This document shows, piece after piece, positions 19,644-28,894 of a stretch of DNA of 64,000 bases (the first letter of the stretch is position 1; each line of letters starts with the position of its first letter). The DNA comes from an uncultured Candidatus Saccharibacteria bacterium (GTDB lineage Bacteria; Patescibacteriota; Minisyncoccia; Phycocordibacterales; PALSA-1337). The stretch lies in assembly GCA_964357605.1 (NCBI GenBank), contig CAYHLX010000004.1, positions 1,081 to 65,080 on the forward strand, read 5' to 3'. Made by a program: the position numbers and the translations under genes. The notes beneath the pieces were generated by a model. It made no database searches. It saw only the letters and a program-made list of their open reading frames with translations, and was not told the origin of the DNA.

Positions 19644-20501
19644 CTATTTAACAAAAATAATTTCCACTCCCTGGCTTTTAAGTATTCTTTCTGCATCAAG
19701 AACTCGATACCCTGTTCGATAGTACAATTTGATAATCCCCGAATACGCCAACTGTTTTGCACATGGTGGACAGGGAAATGTTTCTGCATAAATTTCCGCT
19801 CCTTTAAGTGAAATCCCCTCTCTAGCCGCCCAGGCCACACAACTCGCCTCAGCATGAAAAGCCAAGGATGACTCCAGATGAACACCGCTTTTAAAATTCC
19901 CTCGTGGATCCCCTTCTGCATTTGCAATCTGATCAGAAGGAACGTAGACATTGTGCTCTTTGTGAATAATTTTTCCATCTTTCATGAGGATGACTCCAAT
20001 TCTGCGCCACCAATCTTTTGATTTCTTAGCTTCTTCTTTACAAAGAGCAATCATTTTTTTATCAAATTCATTTGTAGTAACTTTACCGTGAGGATTTATG
20101 GGAGCCTCAATAATAGAAGTTTTCTTGTCCCAGCGTAGGAAAATGGTGTCTTTTTCTATAGGATTTTTTGAAAAGTATTTTGAAATCAGTTCTTGAGTCA
20201 AATCATCATCAGAAACAACCAAGGGTGTTTTATCTTTTGAGAGATCTTTAATTTTCTCTGGAGTAAGAATTTCAACCGTCTCAAATATCTCCCAAGCTTC
20301 AATCGCCTTTTTGACCAAAATAGGTGAGATGCGTCGAATATCTCTATCGAGATGAGCAAATTCTCCAATTACATCATCCCCAAAAATATAGAGGGTGCGG
20401 GCATCGAGATGATTTTTGAAAAGCTGATAGTAGCCTTCGTGCAGTACAGGTACGTAGGCGACGACAGCTTTGTTAGATTTATTTTTCATTTTTCGCACCA
20501 T
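19644..20501 (-). CDS. dCMP-deaminase-like protein with extra N-terminal domain
   Basis: HAE...PCPPCAK zinc deaminase motifs; N-terminal VAYVPVLHEGY segment. Confidence 0.82.
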   Translation of the reverse strand: MVRKMKNKSNKAVVAYVPVLHEGYYQLFKNHLDARTLYIFGDDVIGEFAHLDRDIRRISPILVKKAIEAWEIFETVEILTPEKIKDLSKDKTPLVVSDDDLTQELISKYFSKNPIEKDTIFLRWDKKTSIIEAPINPHGKVTTNEFDKKMIALCKEEAKKSKDWWRRIGVILMKDGKIIHKEHNVYVPSDQIANAEGDPRGNFKSGVHLESSLAFHAEASCVAWAAREGISLKGAEIYAETFPCPPCAKQLAYSGIIKLYYRTGYRVLDAERILKSQGVEIIFVK

Positions 20502-21159
20502 TCAAAACGTCTTGGATTGTTTTTAGAAGTTTAGGGGTCAGAGCTTGTTCAAGTTTCTTGGCGTGACCGATCTGTAACAATCTAATCTTAGCACTGGTAG
20601 ATGTTGTAGCTTGAGGCTCTAGAACCACTACCTCCTTACAGTATTTTTTCAGTTCCTTAATCTCCATTTTGCTATATGTCTTCCTAGTAGCAATCAAAAC
20701 ATCCGGTCTCACTAATTTTATAAGATGCCAACGTGGTGCTCTGAGTTTTTTCAAGTAAACAACATCAACTGATCTTAAATGGACAACCATTTCTAGTCTT
20801 TCTTCTTCAGGAACAACTGGTCTTTCTGGACCTTTTCTAGCTCTGACTTTTTCATCAGAATCCACACCTACCACTAGCAAATCCCCATGTTTCTTGGCCA
20901 TTTCAAAATAACGAGCATGACCCACATGAACCATATCATAAGTACCTTGAGTGAGTACTATCTTTAAACCCAAACCTTTACAATTTTCTACAAACTTTTT
21001 GACTTTTTCATCATCTTTTATAAATCTTTCCTTGAAGTTTGAACCAGCTCCAAATATTCCTATGCCGATATGAGTATTAAAATTTAATTCTTTCATATAA
21101 TTTCTCTTTAATCTGTATCTGAAGTATAATCCTAATAAAGAAATTGTCATAGATGACAA
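20479..21159 (-). CDS. Cytidylyl/adenylyltransferase family protein (RfaE-II/TagD-like)
   Basis: TQGTYDMVHVGH, GVDSD, KGPERP..PEEER, STS; true start probably MKELNF. Confidence 0.85.
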   Translation of the reverse strand: MSSMTISLLGLYFRYRLKRNYMKELNFNTHIGIGIFGAGSNFKERFIKDDEKVKKFVENCKGLGLKIVLTQGTYDMVHVGHARYFEMAKKHGDLLVVGVDSDEKVRARKGPERPVVPEEERLEMVVHLRSVDVVYLKKLRAPRWHLIKLVRPDVLIATRKTYSKMEIKELKKYCKEVVVLEPQATTSTSAKIRLLQIGHAKKLEQALTPKLLKTIQDVLNGAKNEK

Positions 21160-21176
21160 CTTCTTAAATCTAATTT

Positions 21177-21701
21177 ATGATTAAATGCTTTATCATCGCT
21201 GCGGTTTCAGCTGACGGCTTCATCGCCAAAGACGCCAAACACGCTTCTATCGAATGGACCAGTAAGGCCGACAAAAAACGCTTTGTAGAGCTTACCAAGC
21301 GCGCCGGTGTCGTGGTGATGGGAGGTGCAACCTATAGAACCATTGGCCGACCCCTTCCCAACCGAAAAACTATTGTATATTCACGTACAGGTCAATTTGA
21401 AGGATCAGAAGTCACCCAGAAGCCTCCCCTAGAGCTCTTAACCGAACTCGAAGCTCTCGGCCACAAAGAAGTCGCCATCTGTGGAGGCGCTCAGATCTAT
21501 ACCCTGTTCATGCAAGCCGGAGTCGTCGATGAAATCTATCTCACCCTTGAACCAATTATGTTTGGAAAAGGAATAAATCTTTTCAATGAAGATCTCAAAT
21601 ATCACCTCAAACTCATCGAGGCGCAAACGTCAGAAGAAACAGGAACACTGCTTCTACACTACAAAGTAGACTACGTAGGAAATATAAAAAGGAAGGACTA
21701 G
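21177..21701 (+). CDS. folA: Dihydrofolate reductase family protein
   Basis: [32 protein letters not shown]. Confidence 0.85.
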   Translation: MIKCFIIAAVSADGFIAKDAKHASIEWTSKADKKRFVELTKRAGVVVMGGATYRTIGRPLPNRKTIVYSRTGQFEGSEVTQKPPLELLTELEALGHKEVAICGGAQIYTLFMQAGVVDEIYLTLEPIMFGKGINLFNEDLKYHLKLIEAQTSEETGTLLLHYKVDYVGNIKRKD

Positions 21702-22123
21702 TTTTTAACATCAATCCCCAGCGACCTACATGAACCCTCAATAATCTTCATCGCGGCATTTACATCTCCAGCATTTAGATCTGGCATTTTCTTTTCCGCA
21801 ATAGCTTTGACCTGAGCGCGAGTGATGGTTCCAGCTTTCTTTACCGCATGTTTACCTGATCCCTTCTCTACACCGGCTGCTTTTAAAATAAGTGAACTAG
21901 CGGGAGGAGTTTTGAGTACAAAACTATATGTTCTATCTTCATAAACAGTAATCACAACAGGAACAATGTCTCCCATCATGTTCTTGGTCGCATCGTTAAA
22001 TTTCTTGGTAAAATCACCGATGTTAACCCCAGCCTGACCAAGAGTTGGACCAAGTGGAGGAGCTGGTGTTGCCTTTCCTGCTGGAGCACTGACTTTTACT
22101 TTTTTGATTATCTTTTTAGCCAT
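21698..22123 (-). CDS. rplK: 50S ribosomal protein L11
   Basis: [25 protein letters not shown]. Confidence 0.97.
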   Translation of the reverse strand: MAKKIIKKVKVSAPAGKATPAPPLGPTLGQAGVNIGDFTKKFNDATKNMMGDIVPVVITVYEDRTYSFVLKTPPASSLILKAAGVEKGSGKHAVKKAGTITRAQVKAIAEKKMPDLNAGDVNAAMKIIEGSCRSLGIDVKN

Positions 22124-22149
22124 AAAATGTTTAGTGGATGTAGATTACC

Positions 22150-22695
22150 TTATATCTTCTTAACTTGCAAGAAATCTAGCTCAACCGGAGTTTCTCGTCC
22201 AAACATAGAAACTAGAACCTTGATTTTTCCTCGATTATCGTCAACTTCACTCACCTTCCCTTCTAGATCCTTGAAAGGACCGTCCACAATCTTCACCATC
22301 TCATCGATCGCGAGATCTATTGTGTGTTTAACCTCTCCCTTGTTCATTCGAGCAAAAAGAGCGTCAACTTCCTTTGTCTCAAGAGGAACTGGATAGACTC
22401 CAGAACCCACGAAGCCGGTCACTCGAGGAGTATTGCGAACCACAAACCAAGAATCGTCGGAAACGATCATATCTACCAACACGTATCCTGGGTAGATTTT
22501 TTCCTCTTCCTCTACTCTCTTTCCTCCCTTAATCTTGATTTTCTTTTCTGTCGGCACAAGCACGTTAAAAATTCTCTCTTCCATTCCAAGAGATTCAATT
22601 CTCTGTTTTAGATTTCTAGCTACGGCATTTTCATAACCAGCATAGGTATGAATCGCGTACCAATTTCTTTGTCCACCAACTTGCTGTTTGCTCAT
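22150..22695 (-). CDS. nusG: Transcription factor NusG
   Basis: WYAIHTYAGYE, YPGYVLV, VRNTPRVTGFVG, KOW, FGRETPVEL. Confidence 0.97.
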   Translation of the reverse strand: MSKQQVGGQRNWYAIHTYAGYENAVARNLKQRIESLGMEERIFNVLVPTEKKIKIKGGKRVEEEEKIYPGYVLVDMIVSDDSWFVVRNTPRVTGFVGSGVYPVPLETKEVDALFARMNKGEVKHTIDLAIDEMVKIVDGPFKDLEGKVSEVDDNRGKIKVLVSMFGRETPVELDFLQVKKI

Positions 22696-22714
22696 ACGAA
22701 TTTATTTAAAATTA

Positions 22715-22891
22715 TTAAACCAAAAGAGTTAGAAGTCTGGAGAAGATATAGTCAAAGAAAGACAAGAAAAGTGCTGTTACAATAGACACTACAATAACCG
22801 CGATCGCATAGCTTATCGCTTGTTTTCTACTTGGCCAACTTACATGGGCCATTTCTGCTCGTGTTTCTTTTACATATTCAGCTATTTTCAT
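22715..22891 (-). CDS. secE: Preprotein translocase subunit SecE (not in ORF track)
   Basis: Read manually: MKIAEYVKETRAEMAHVSWPSRKQAISYAIAVIVVSIVTALFLSFFDYIFSRLLTLLV*; directly upstream of nusG. Confidence 0.92.
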   Translation of the reverse strand: MKIAEYVKETRAEMAHVSWPSRKQAISYAIAVIVVSIVTALFLSFFDYIFSRLLTLLV

Positions 22892-22994
22892 ATCTTTTTA
22901 TCTTTAATATAACCTTCCTCTAGTAAAAAACCCCTCCCTGGGGTGATAGGGATATACTACTCTTTTGGGGCTTTTTAGTCAATCTTCGAGACAA

Positions 22995-23795
22995 CTATCT
23001 GATCTCGTAAGTGATCGTAACTATAGATGTAACCTTCTGCTCTCCAGTAGGAATTGAGGGAGCCGCTTGTGGAGCCACAGCCGATCTCACCATCATATCT
23101 CCACCCATTCCTTTTTCTGCGTAGCCATAATATGGCTGATTGTCACTGGAATCATAAAAACTAGTAATCTTGACCAAACGAACTCCGAGTTGCTTTGAGA
23201 GCACTTTGGCTTTAGCTTGAGCATCATCTATCGCCGTTGTTCTGGCCTTAGCTTTGACTGTCTCTATATCATCGATAGAAAAAGTCAGACCATTGACATT
23301 TTGCACACCGAGAGAGCCGACCGTTTCAAAAAGGGCTCCGGCCTTATCTATGTCTCTCACTTTAACCTCTATCGTCTGGCTCACTTCGTAGCCAGTCAGA
23401 ACTTGTTTACCAGATCGACAAACACTGTTTGCGGTACAAAGTGTTTGCACATACTCGTATTTTGGATTGATATTGTAAGCAAGGGTCTTTATATCCTTCT
23501 TTTCAATTTTATTATCTTCAAGAGCTTTGAGGGCGGCGTTGGTCTTATTTGTGGCTTTTGTCTGAGCTTCACCTACAGTCTTGGCTTCTTCTGTAATGCT
23601 AAATGAGAAAGTGGCGATATCTGGAATAATAACCTCTTCTCCTTTTCCAGTGACACTAATCGCATTCATAATCGGTACGTCCTTGCCAACATAGCCAATT
23701 TCTCTGATGCCTTTTATAGAAATGATGGCCAAAAACACGGCCAAAAGCACTCCAACCCAAACCCCAACTTTCCACACTTTTTCTTGATAATTCAT
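22995..23795 (-). CDS. SIMPL (DUF541) domain protein
   Basis: ISVTGKGE...PDIA, AIDDAQAKA..L...LGV.L, IPTGEQ.V. Confidence 0.88.
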   Translation of the reverse strand: MNYQEKVWKVGVWVGVLLAVFLAIISIKGIREIGYVGKDVPIMNAISVTGKGEEVIIPDIATFSFSITEEAKTVGEAQTKATNKTNAALKALEDNKIEKKDIKTLAYNINPKYEYVQTLCTANSVCRSGKQVLTGYEVSQTIEVKVRDIDKAGALFETVGSLGVQNVNGLTFSIDDIETVKAKARTTAIDDAQAKAKVLSKQLGVRLVKITSFYDSSDNQPYYGYAEKGMGGDMMVRSAVAPQAAPSIPTGEQKVTSIVTITYEIR

Positions 23796-23811
23796 AATTT
23801 TATATTATTTA

Positions 23812-24651
23812 TTAATTTTTTCCATTATAACATGCGTCTACAAGGTTTTCAAAAAGAGCCAAAACCGTCATCTGTCCAACTCCTCCAGGAACGGGAGTGA
23901 GGCTGCCAACAATACTTTTCGCCTCTTCAAAATTTACATCTCCTGATAATTTTCCATTTGATAATCTCGTAATACCAACGTCTATCACAACTTGTCCCTT
24001 ACTCACAAAGGTTTTGCCAATAAAACTTGGCTTACCGATAGCCACAATCAAGACATCAGCTTTTTTAGTCTCATTCTCTAGACCGACCGTCTTGCTATGA
24101 CAAATAGTTACGGTCGCATTCTGATTAAGACACATTAACGCTGTAGGCTTCCCTACCAATGAAGACCTTCCGACTATTGTCACTTTTTTACCAAAAAGAT
24201 CTATAGAATAGTGCTCAAGTAATTCTTTAATACCTCTCGTGGTTGCGGGCATAAAGGCATTCTCGTGTCCATTCATCCACCTCTTCACATTATAAGACGT
24301 CAGTCCGTCAATATCCTTACTGGGCAAGATCGCATCAATGACTTCGTCTGAATCTATATGTATAGGCAATGGAAGTTGTAAAATGATGCCTTGGACCTCT
24401 TTATCTCCATTATATTTCTGGATAACAGAAATTATTTCTTTTCCAGTTACTTTTTCTTCTAGCTGGATATGTATTTCTTTGACTCCCAGTTTTTTGGCAA
24501 AAGCTTTCTTGGCAGCAATGAAAGCTGTGGAATCTTCTCTGTTACCGATTTGAATAATCACAAAACCCGGCACAAAGGATAATGCTTTCAATCTTTCCAC
24601 CAAAACAGGAGTCCTCTCCTCTCTAACTTTTTTACCATCTAGAAGTTGCAT
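23812..24651 (-). CDS. folD: Methylene-THF dehydrogenase/cyclohydrolase
   Basis: QLPLP, KDIDGL, GRSSLVGKP, TPVPGGVG. Confidence 0.94.
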   Translation of the reverse strand: MQLLDGKKVREERTPVLVERLKALSFVPGFVIIQIGNREDSTAFIAAKKAFAKKLGVKEIHIQLEEKVTGKEIISVIQKYNGDKEVQGIILQLPLPIHIDSDEVIDAILPSKDIDGLTSYNVKRWMNGHENAFMPATTRGIKELLEHYSIDLFGKKVTIVGRSSLVGKPTALMCLNQNATVTICHSKTVGLENETKKADVLIVAIGKPSFIGKTFVSKGQVVIDVGITRLSNGKLSGDVNFEEAKSIVGSLTPVPGGVGQMTVLALFENLVDACYNGKN

Positions 24652-24661
24652 GAAACCTACA

Positions 24662-25324
24662 TTACCACGATTTCTTGGGAATTTCTATAGAAACGGTCTT
24701 TTTCCCACTACTTCCTTCTATCCTTGTAGCTGGCTCAAAAGAAATTGAGGTGGCGGTGAGCATCACTCGCTGATCTGGTAATTTTACCTTTGAACCGTAC
24801 TTGGTATCACCAACTATCGGATGTCCGATATGTGACAATTGGGCTCGTATCTGGTGATGTCGACCGGTTTTTAGAATTATTTTTAAAAGAGAAAATCCCC
24901 CTTCGCTTTGTACGACCTCATATGAGAGTTCAGCCAAATCTGCATTTTTCTTTTCTTGTTCTTTGATTGTTGAGACATTTTTTACTTCGTCGTGATAGAG
25001 ATAGTGAACTAAGGTATCTTTGCTTTTTCTAGGTATTCCTTCCACCCACGCATGGTAAATCTTTTGGACGGTATGCAATCTGAATTGTTCAGATATTCGT
25101 GAGGCTCCTTTTGACGTCTTGGCAAAAATCACGACCCCATCTACATTCCTATCCAGTCTATGAACTAATCCCAGGAAAACATTACCTGGTTTTTTGTAGG
25201 TATTTTTGAGATATTCTTTGACTTCATCCATAAATGAGGCTACTCCACTCTTGTCCCCTTGAATGAGAACTCCGGCTGGTTTGTAGACTCCGATTAGGTG
25301 ATTATCTTCATAAAGCACTTTCAT
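24662..25324 (-). CDS. RluA family pseudouridine synthase
   Basis: KPAG, HRLD, TGRHHQIR, PIVGD..YG. Confidence 0.92.
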   Translation of the reverse strand: MKVLYEDNHLIGVYKPAGVLIQGDKSGVASFMDEVKEYLKNTYKKPGNVFLGLVHRLDRNVDGVVIFAKTSKGASRISEQFRLHTVQKIYHAWVEGIPRKSKDTLVHYLYHDEVKNVSTIKEQEKKNADLAELSYEVVQSEGGFSLLKIILKTGRHHQIRAQLSHIGHPIVGDTKYGSKVKLPDQRVMLTATSISFEPATRIEGSSGKKTVSIEIPKKSW

Positions 25325-25405
25325 AGAGGCTATACTAGCACAGAAGAGCGAAGATATTCACATATTTTATTGCTCAGAGTTTCATTAGAGACTATAATAT
25401 CTGCT

Positions 25406-25708
25406 ATGGACGGTATCTTGCCAAATTTTCCACAGGAACAAAAACACTCTCATTTTGTAGTCATTCTTTCAATCTTTGTAGTGATTGTTCTGGCTTTTCT
25501 CGCCTACGTGATTTATATGTATCGTTCTACTCCCTCTTTTGTGGTAGAGCAAGAGATTCCTCTGATTCAGCAAAGAGTGACGCTCACCCCTGAGCAAGCG
25601 ATAGAAAAACAGAGGATTATAGAGGGTACGGATGATTCGAGGGTGACGTTAACAAAGAAAGAGGCAGAGATCAAAAAATTACAAATTAAGCAAGCTAGTG
25701 AAATTTAA
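25406..25708 (+). CDS. Small single-pass membrane protein
   Basis: One TM helix; TATAAT 7 nt before ATG 25406. Confidence 0.6.
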   Translation: MDGILPNFPQEQKHSHFVVILSIFVVIVLAFLAYVIYMYRSTPSFVVEQEIPLIQQRVTLTPEQAIEKQRIIEGTDDSRVTLTKKEAEIKKLQIKQASEI

Positions 25709-25716
25709 ATAAAAAT

Positions 25717-26628
25717 ATGAAAAAATCAATAAAACAATACGTAGTCGCGGTAGTCCTTGGTTTAGGTATAGTTCTGGGTGTTGGTTCTCTACAAGCCCAG
25801 TGGACTGCTCCTAGTGCCACTCCTCCAGATGGAAATGTCCCCGCTCCTTTGAATACTGGGAATAGCAGTCAGAGCAAACTTGGACAATTAATCGTCAATA
25901 CTAATACTACTTCCAACGGCCCTGGTCCTTTTGCTGTTGGTCTTTCTGTTTTTGGTAAGACTATTTTAAATGGCGGAGTCCAGATCCCTGCTGGCGCGGG
26001 AGATAACAAGGTTTTGACAAGTGATGCTAGTGGAAATGGAACGTGGCAGGATGCAACGGGGGGTGTAGGTGGTGGCAGTGGAACTTGGGGGAGAATATAT
26101 ACCTATCGCACTGCTATTGATTTCAATAATGGAGTTTCTGATTGGATAACAATCAGTCTACCAAATGGAGATACAATGACCGCAGCATCTCTACGTTATG
26201 GCGGTAGAGATAATTACTTATATGATACTCCAACCCAACTTAGTTCATTTGACGATGCACAATCATACATTGAAATTAATACTGCAGAATCTAAATTAAG
26301 AGTACATTTGCTGAATACTGATCACGTCACTCCGAATACCACATATGATTCAGGTACGTATTTTAATTATGTATATCTAAATATTTACACCGGTAGTCCT
26401 GGGGGCAGTAGTGGAACTCCAACTGGTACAATCAGAGGATATGGCACTGGAGCTTACGCATACTCAACTCAAGCCAACACCTCTTGCACAGCAGTTTCTG
26501 CACCATTTTCATGTTCTGGCGTTTCTCCAGTATGTGAGTCCGGTTGGAGTGTGATCTCTGCTGGAAATCAATATGGAAGCTGTGCAGGATCCACTTGTTC
26601 CAAAATCTACATGTGCGTCAAAAACTAG
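25717..26628 (+). CDS. Secreted fibre/adhesin-like protein with Cys-rich C-terminus
   Basis: Signal peptide; WTAPSATPPDGNVPAPLNTG; KVLTSDASGNGTW; six Cys in last ~50 aa. Confidence 0.6.
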   Translation: MKKSIKQYVVAVVLGLGIVLGVGSLQAQWTAPSATPPDGNVPAPLNTGNSSQSKLGQLIVNTNTTSNGPGPFAVGLSVFGKTILNGGVQIPAGAGDNKVLTSDASGNGTWQDATGGVGGGSGTWGRIYTYRTAIDFNNGVSDWITISLPNGDTMTAASLRYGGRDNYLYDTPTQLSSFDDAQSYIEINTAESKLRVHLLNTDHVTPNTTYDSGTYFNYVYLNIYTGSPGGSSGTPTGTIRGYGTGAYAYSTQANTSCTAVSAPFSCSGVSPVCESGWSVISAGNQYGSCAGSTCSKIYMCVKN

Positions 26629-26636
26629 CTGCACCC

Positions 26637-26685
26637 CTCCACCTCGCAAAGATTCCGCACGGTAAAAGCCGGGCGGTTTCTTTTT
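26637..26685 (+). repeat. 49-bp direct repeat, copy 1
   Basis: ctccacctcgcaaagattccgcacggtaaaagccgggcggtttcttttt, identical to 27578-27626. Confidence 0.95.
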
Positions 26686-26726
26686 TCCCACTGGAAAAGA
26701 TAGAAAGCTTATGGTATAATACACCT

Positions 26727-26915
26727 ATGAAAAACTGGTCAACTGACACGAGAGAGCTAGAAAAAAACCATCAGCAGCTCGAGATATGGAAACTCGAACA
26801 ACTTATTAACTTTGGTCTAGACGGAAAAAAACTTAACAAAGAAACCCTAAAAAAGTATTGGGCTTCCCTCTCTCTAGATCCTTATAAAAAAAAGTTCTTA
26901 TCTCTTTTTCTTTAA
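26727..26915 (+). CDS. Small partner protein of the AbiEii-like nucleotidyltransferase (putative antitoxin)
   Basis: 62 aa MKNWSTD...WKLEQLINFGL; TGGTATAAT 6 nt before ATG; TAATG coupling to next gene. Confidence 0.65.
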   Translation: MKNWSTDTRELEKNHQQLEIWKLEQLINFGLDGKKLNKETLKKYWASLSLDPYKKKFLSLFL

Positions 26916-27574
26916 TGAGTTCCATACTTTCAGAAAATCAGAAAAATTTGATCTCACTCATTGGAAAAGAATCTTCTCTGTGTAACGCTTTTTATTTAGG
27001 AGGAGGCACTGCACTCGCAGAATTTTATCTCCATCATAGATTATCTGAAGATCTTGATTTCTTTTCTGAGAATGAATTTGATCCTATGAGTATTACTGTC
27101 TTCTTCAAAAAAATCGAGAGAGAAGCGGGAATATTAAGAACTGAATATGAGCAGAGCTTTAACCGCAATCTTTTTTTTCTTGAACTCAAGAATGACAGAA
27201 TTAAGACTGAATTTACATATTTTCCCTTCCAGAGAGTTGAGAAAGACAATTATTTTAAAAATATCCAAATAGATAGTCTTCTAGATATAGCTATCAATAA
27301 AGTCTTTACCATTTATCAAAAACCTCGTTCGAGAGACTTCATCGATCTTTACTGTATATTACAAAAGGAAAAAGATTGGACTCTCGAAGAACTTGGAAAA
27401 AAAGCTCAGATCAAGTTCGACACGTATCTTGATCCGATCCAACTTGGCTCCCAACTTGTTAAGGTAACAGAATTAAAAGATTATCCACGAATGATCATTG
27501 AACTTAAGGAGAAAGACTGGCAAGATTTCTTTTTACATGAAGCAAGTAAATTGGAGAAAAGAATTCTGAGTTAA
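26915..27574 (+). CDS. AbiEii/AbiGii-family nucleotidyltransferase (putative toxin)
   Basis: FYLGGGTAL...HRLSEDLDFF; NK...R.RDFIDLY. Confidence 0.88.
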   Translation: MSSILSENQKNLISLIGKESSLCNAFYLGGGTALAEFYLHHRLSEDLDFFSENEFDPMSITVFFKKIEREAGILRTEYEQSFNRNLFFLELKNDRIKTEFTYFPFQRVEKDNYFKNIQIDSLLDIAINKVFTIYQKPRSRDFIDLYCILQKEKDWTLEELGKKAQIKFDTYLDPIQLGSQLVKVTELKDYPRMIIELKEKDWQDFFLHEASKLEKRILS

Positions 27575-28473
27575 GCTCTCCACCTCGCAAAGATTCCGCA
27601 CGGTAAAAGCCGGGCGGTTTCTTTTTCTTCTATCGTCAACTCACCTTTTTCTATTGTTCCACCAAACTTTTCTTTCAAAAAGAGTAGGTTATTCTCATAT
27701 GCCACCGCTGAATAACCCGCAGAATATCCATTGATAATAAAAAATAGAGGTTTATCAGAGAGAAGTTGCAGACAATTCTCAACCAAAGGAAGAAAATGCT
27801 CCTCTATCTTCCACAACTCCTTGGATGGACCATGACCAAAAGCGGGAGGGTCCATCACAATACCGTCATATTTCCTTCCCCTCTTGATCTCCCTCTCTAC
27901 AAAAATCCTCACATCCTCAATAATCCATCTGATAGGTTTGTCCGTAAGACCCGAAAGTTCCGCATTCTCCCGCGCCCAAGACACCGCAGATTTTGAACTA
28001 TCCACATGAACAACTTTAGCCCCTACTTTGGCGCAAGAGAGGGTGGCTCCGCCAGTATAACCAAAAAGATTAAGAATTTCACACTCTCTTCTCTCAGAAA
28101 TAACTTTCCTCATCCATTCCCAATTCAGAGCTTGTTCCGGAAAAAGACCAGTGTGTTTGAAAGCGGTTGGTTTAATATGAAATTTCAAATCAGCAAATTC
28201 TATTTCCCATTTACTAGGAATATCCTTTTTCAAATTCCATTTACCATCCTTCCCTTCACGAGAAAAAATGGCGTGAGCTTTCTTCCACTCAGTGTCAGAC
28301 AAATGTTTCTTCCACAGAGTCTGCGGATCTGGTCTAGACAAAACAACATTTCCAAAACGTTCCAATTTCTCCCCCTCGCCAGAGTCTAGGAGTTCGTAGT
28401 CTTTGCTAGATTTTAGAATTAAAAGAGAATTATTATTCACGATATTTGGCAAAAGAATACATAGAAAAAACAA
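27571..28473 (-). CDS. RlmI/RlmK-like SAM-dependent methyltransferase (start uncertain)
   Basis: YELLDSGEGEKLERFG, HTGLFPEQ, LNLFGYTGG, DPPAFG. Confidence 0.88.
   Translation of the reverse strand: MFFLCILLPNIVNNNSLLILKSSKDYELLDSGEGEKLERFGNVVLSRPDPQTLWKKHLSDTEWKKAHAIFSREGKDGKWNLKKDIPSKWEIEFADLKFHIKPTAFKHTGLFPEQALNWEWMRKVISERRECEILNLFGYTGGATLSCAKVGAKVVHVDSSKSAVSWARENAELSGLTDKPIRWIIEDVRIFVEREIKRGRKYDGIVMDPPAFGHGPSKELWKIEEHFLPLVENCLQLLSDKPLFFIINGYSAGYSAVAYENNLLFLKEKFGGTIEKGELTIEEKETARLLPCGIFARWRA
27578..27626 (+). repeat. 49-bp direct repeat, copy 2 (3' end of the methyltransferase gene)
   Basis: Identical to 26637-26685; encodes KETARLLPCGIFARWR on the minus strand. Confidence 0.95.
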
Positions 28474-28894
28474 AAAGAACGGTAGATGTTACAGCCGAAA
28501 CTAAACAGTACTGACAGAAGGCATTTATCACCGCCGCTTGAAGGATAAAGAAGTAAAGAGAAGCTAGAAAACCAAGAGGGGTCAGAAGCATGGTGAGCCT
28601 AAGTAAGATCTCTTTCTTAGAGTCAAAATAAGCGATTAGAAGAACGAGAATGGTAAAGTAGTAGATTGATCCCAGTAAAGCCACCGGAATGCCTATAACT
28701 TCAGAATAGCTACTGGTAAGTACCTTTTCACATCCATCAGTTGTACATGGAGGTATGTTATTTTGAAAATGCTCAATAGTTAGATACGTAGCATCAATAA
28801 ACCCTAGAAGGGCGACAATGAGCAGAGTAATGATAATCCATTTAGGGATTGACTCCTGCTGTAGCGGCTTTGTTAATAATATCTTTAAATTCAT
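28433..28894 (-). CDS. Vitamin K epoxide reductase (VKOR) family disulfide-forming protein
   Basis: C....CEKVLTSSYS loop; CQYC redox motif; TM helices. Confidence 0.9.
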   Translation of the reverse strand: MNLKILLTKPLQQESIPKWIIITLLIVALLGFIDATYLTIEHFQNNIPPCTTDGCEKVLTSSYSEVIGIPVALLGSIYYFTILVLLIAYFDSKKEILLRLTMLLTPLGFLASLYFFILQAAVINAFCQYCLVSAVTSTVLFVFSMYSFAKYRE

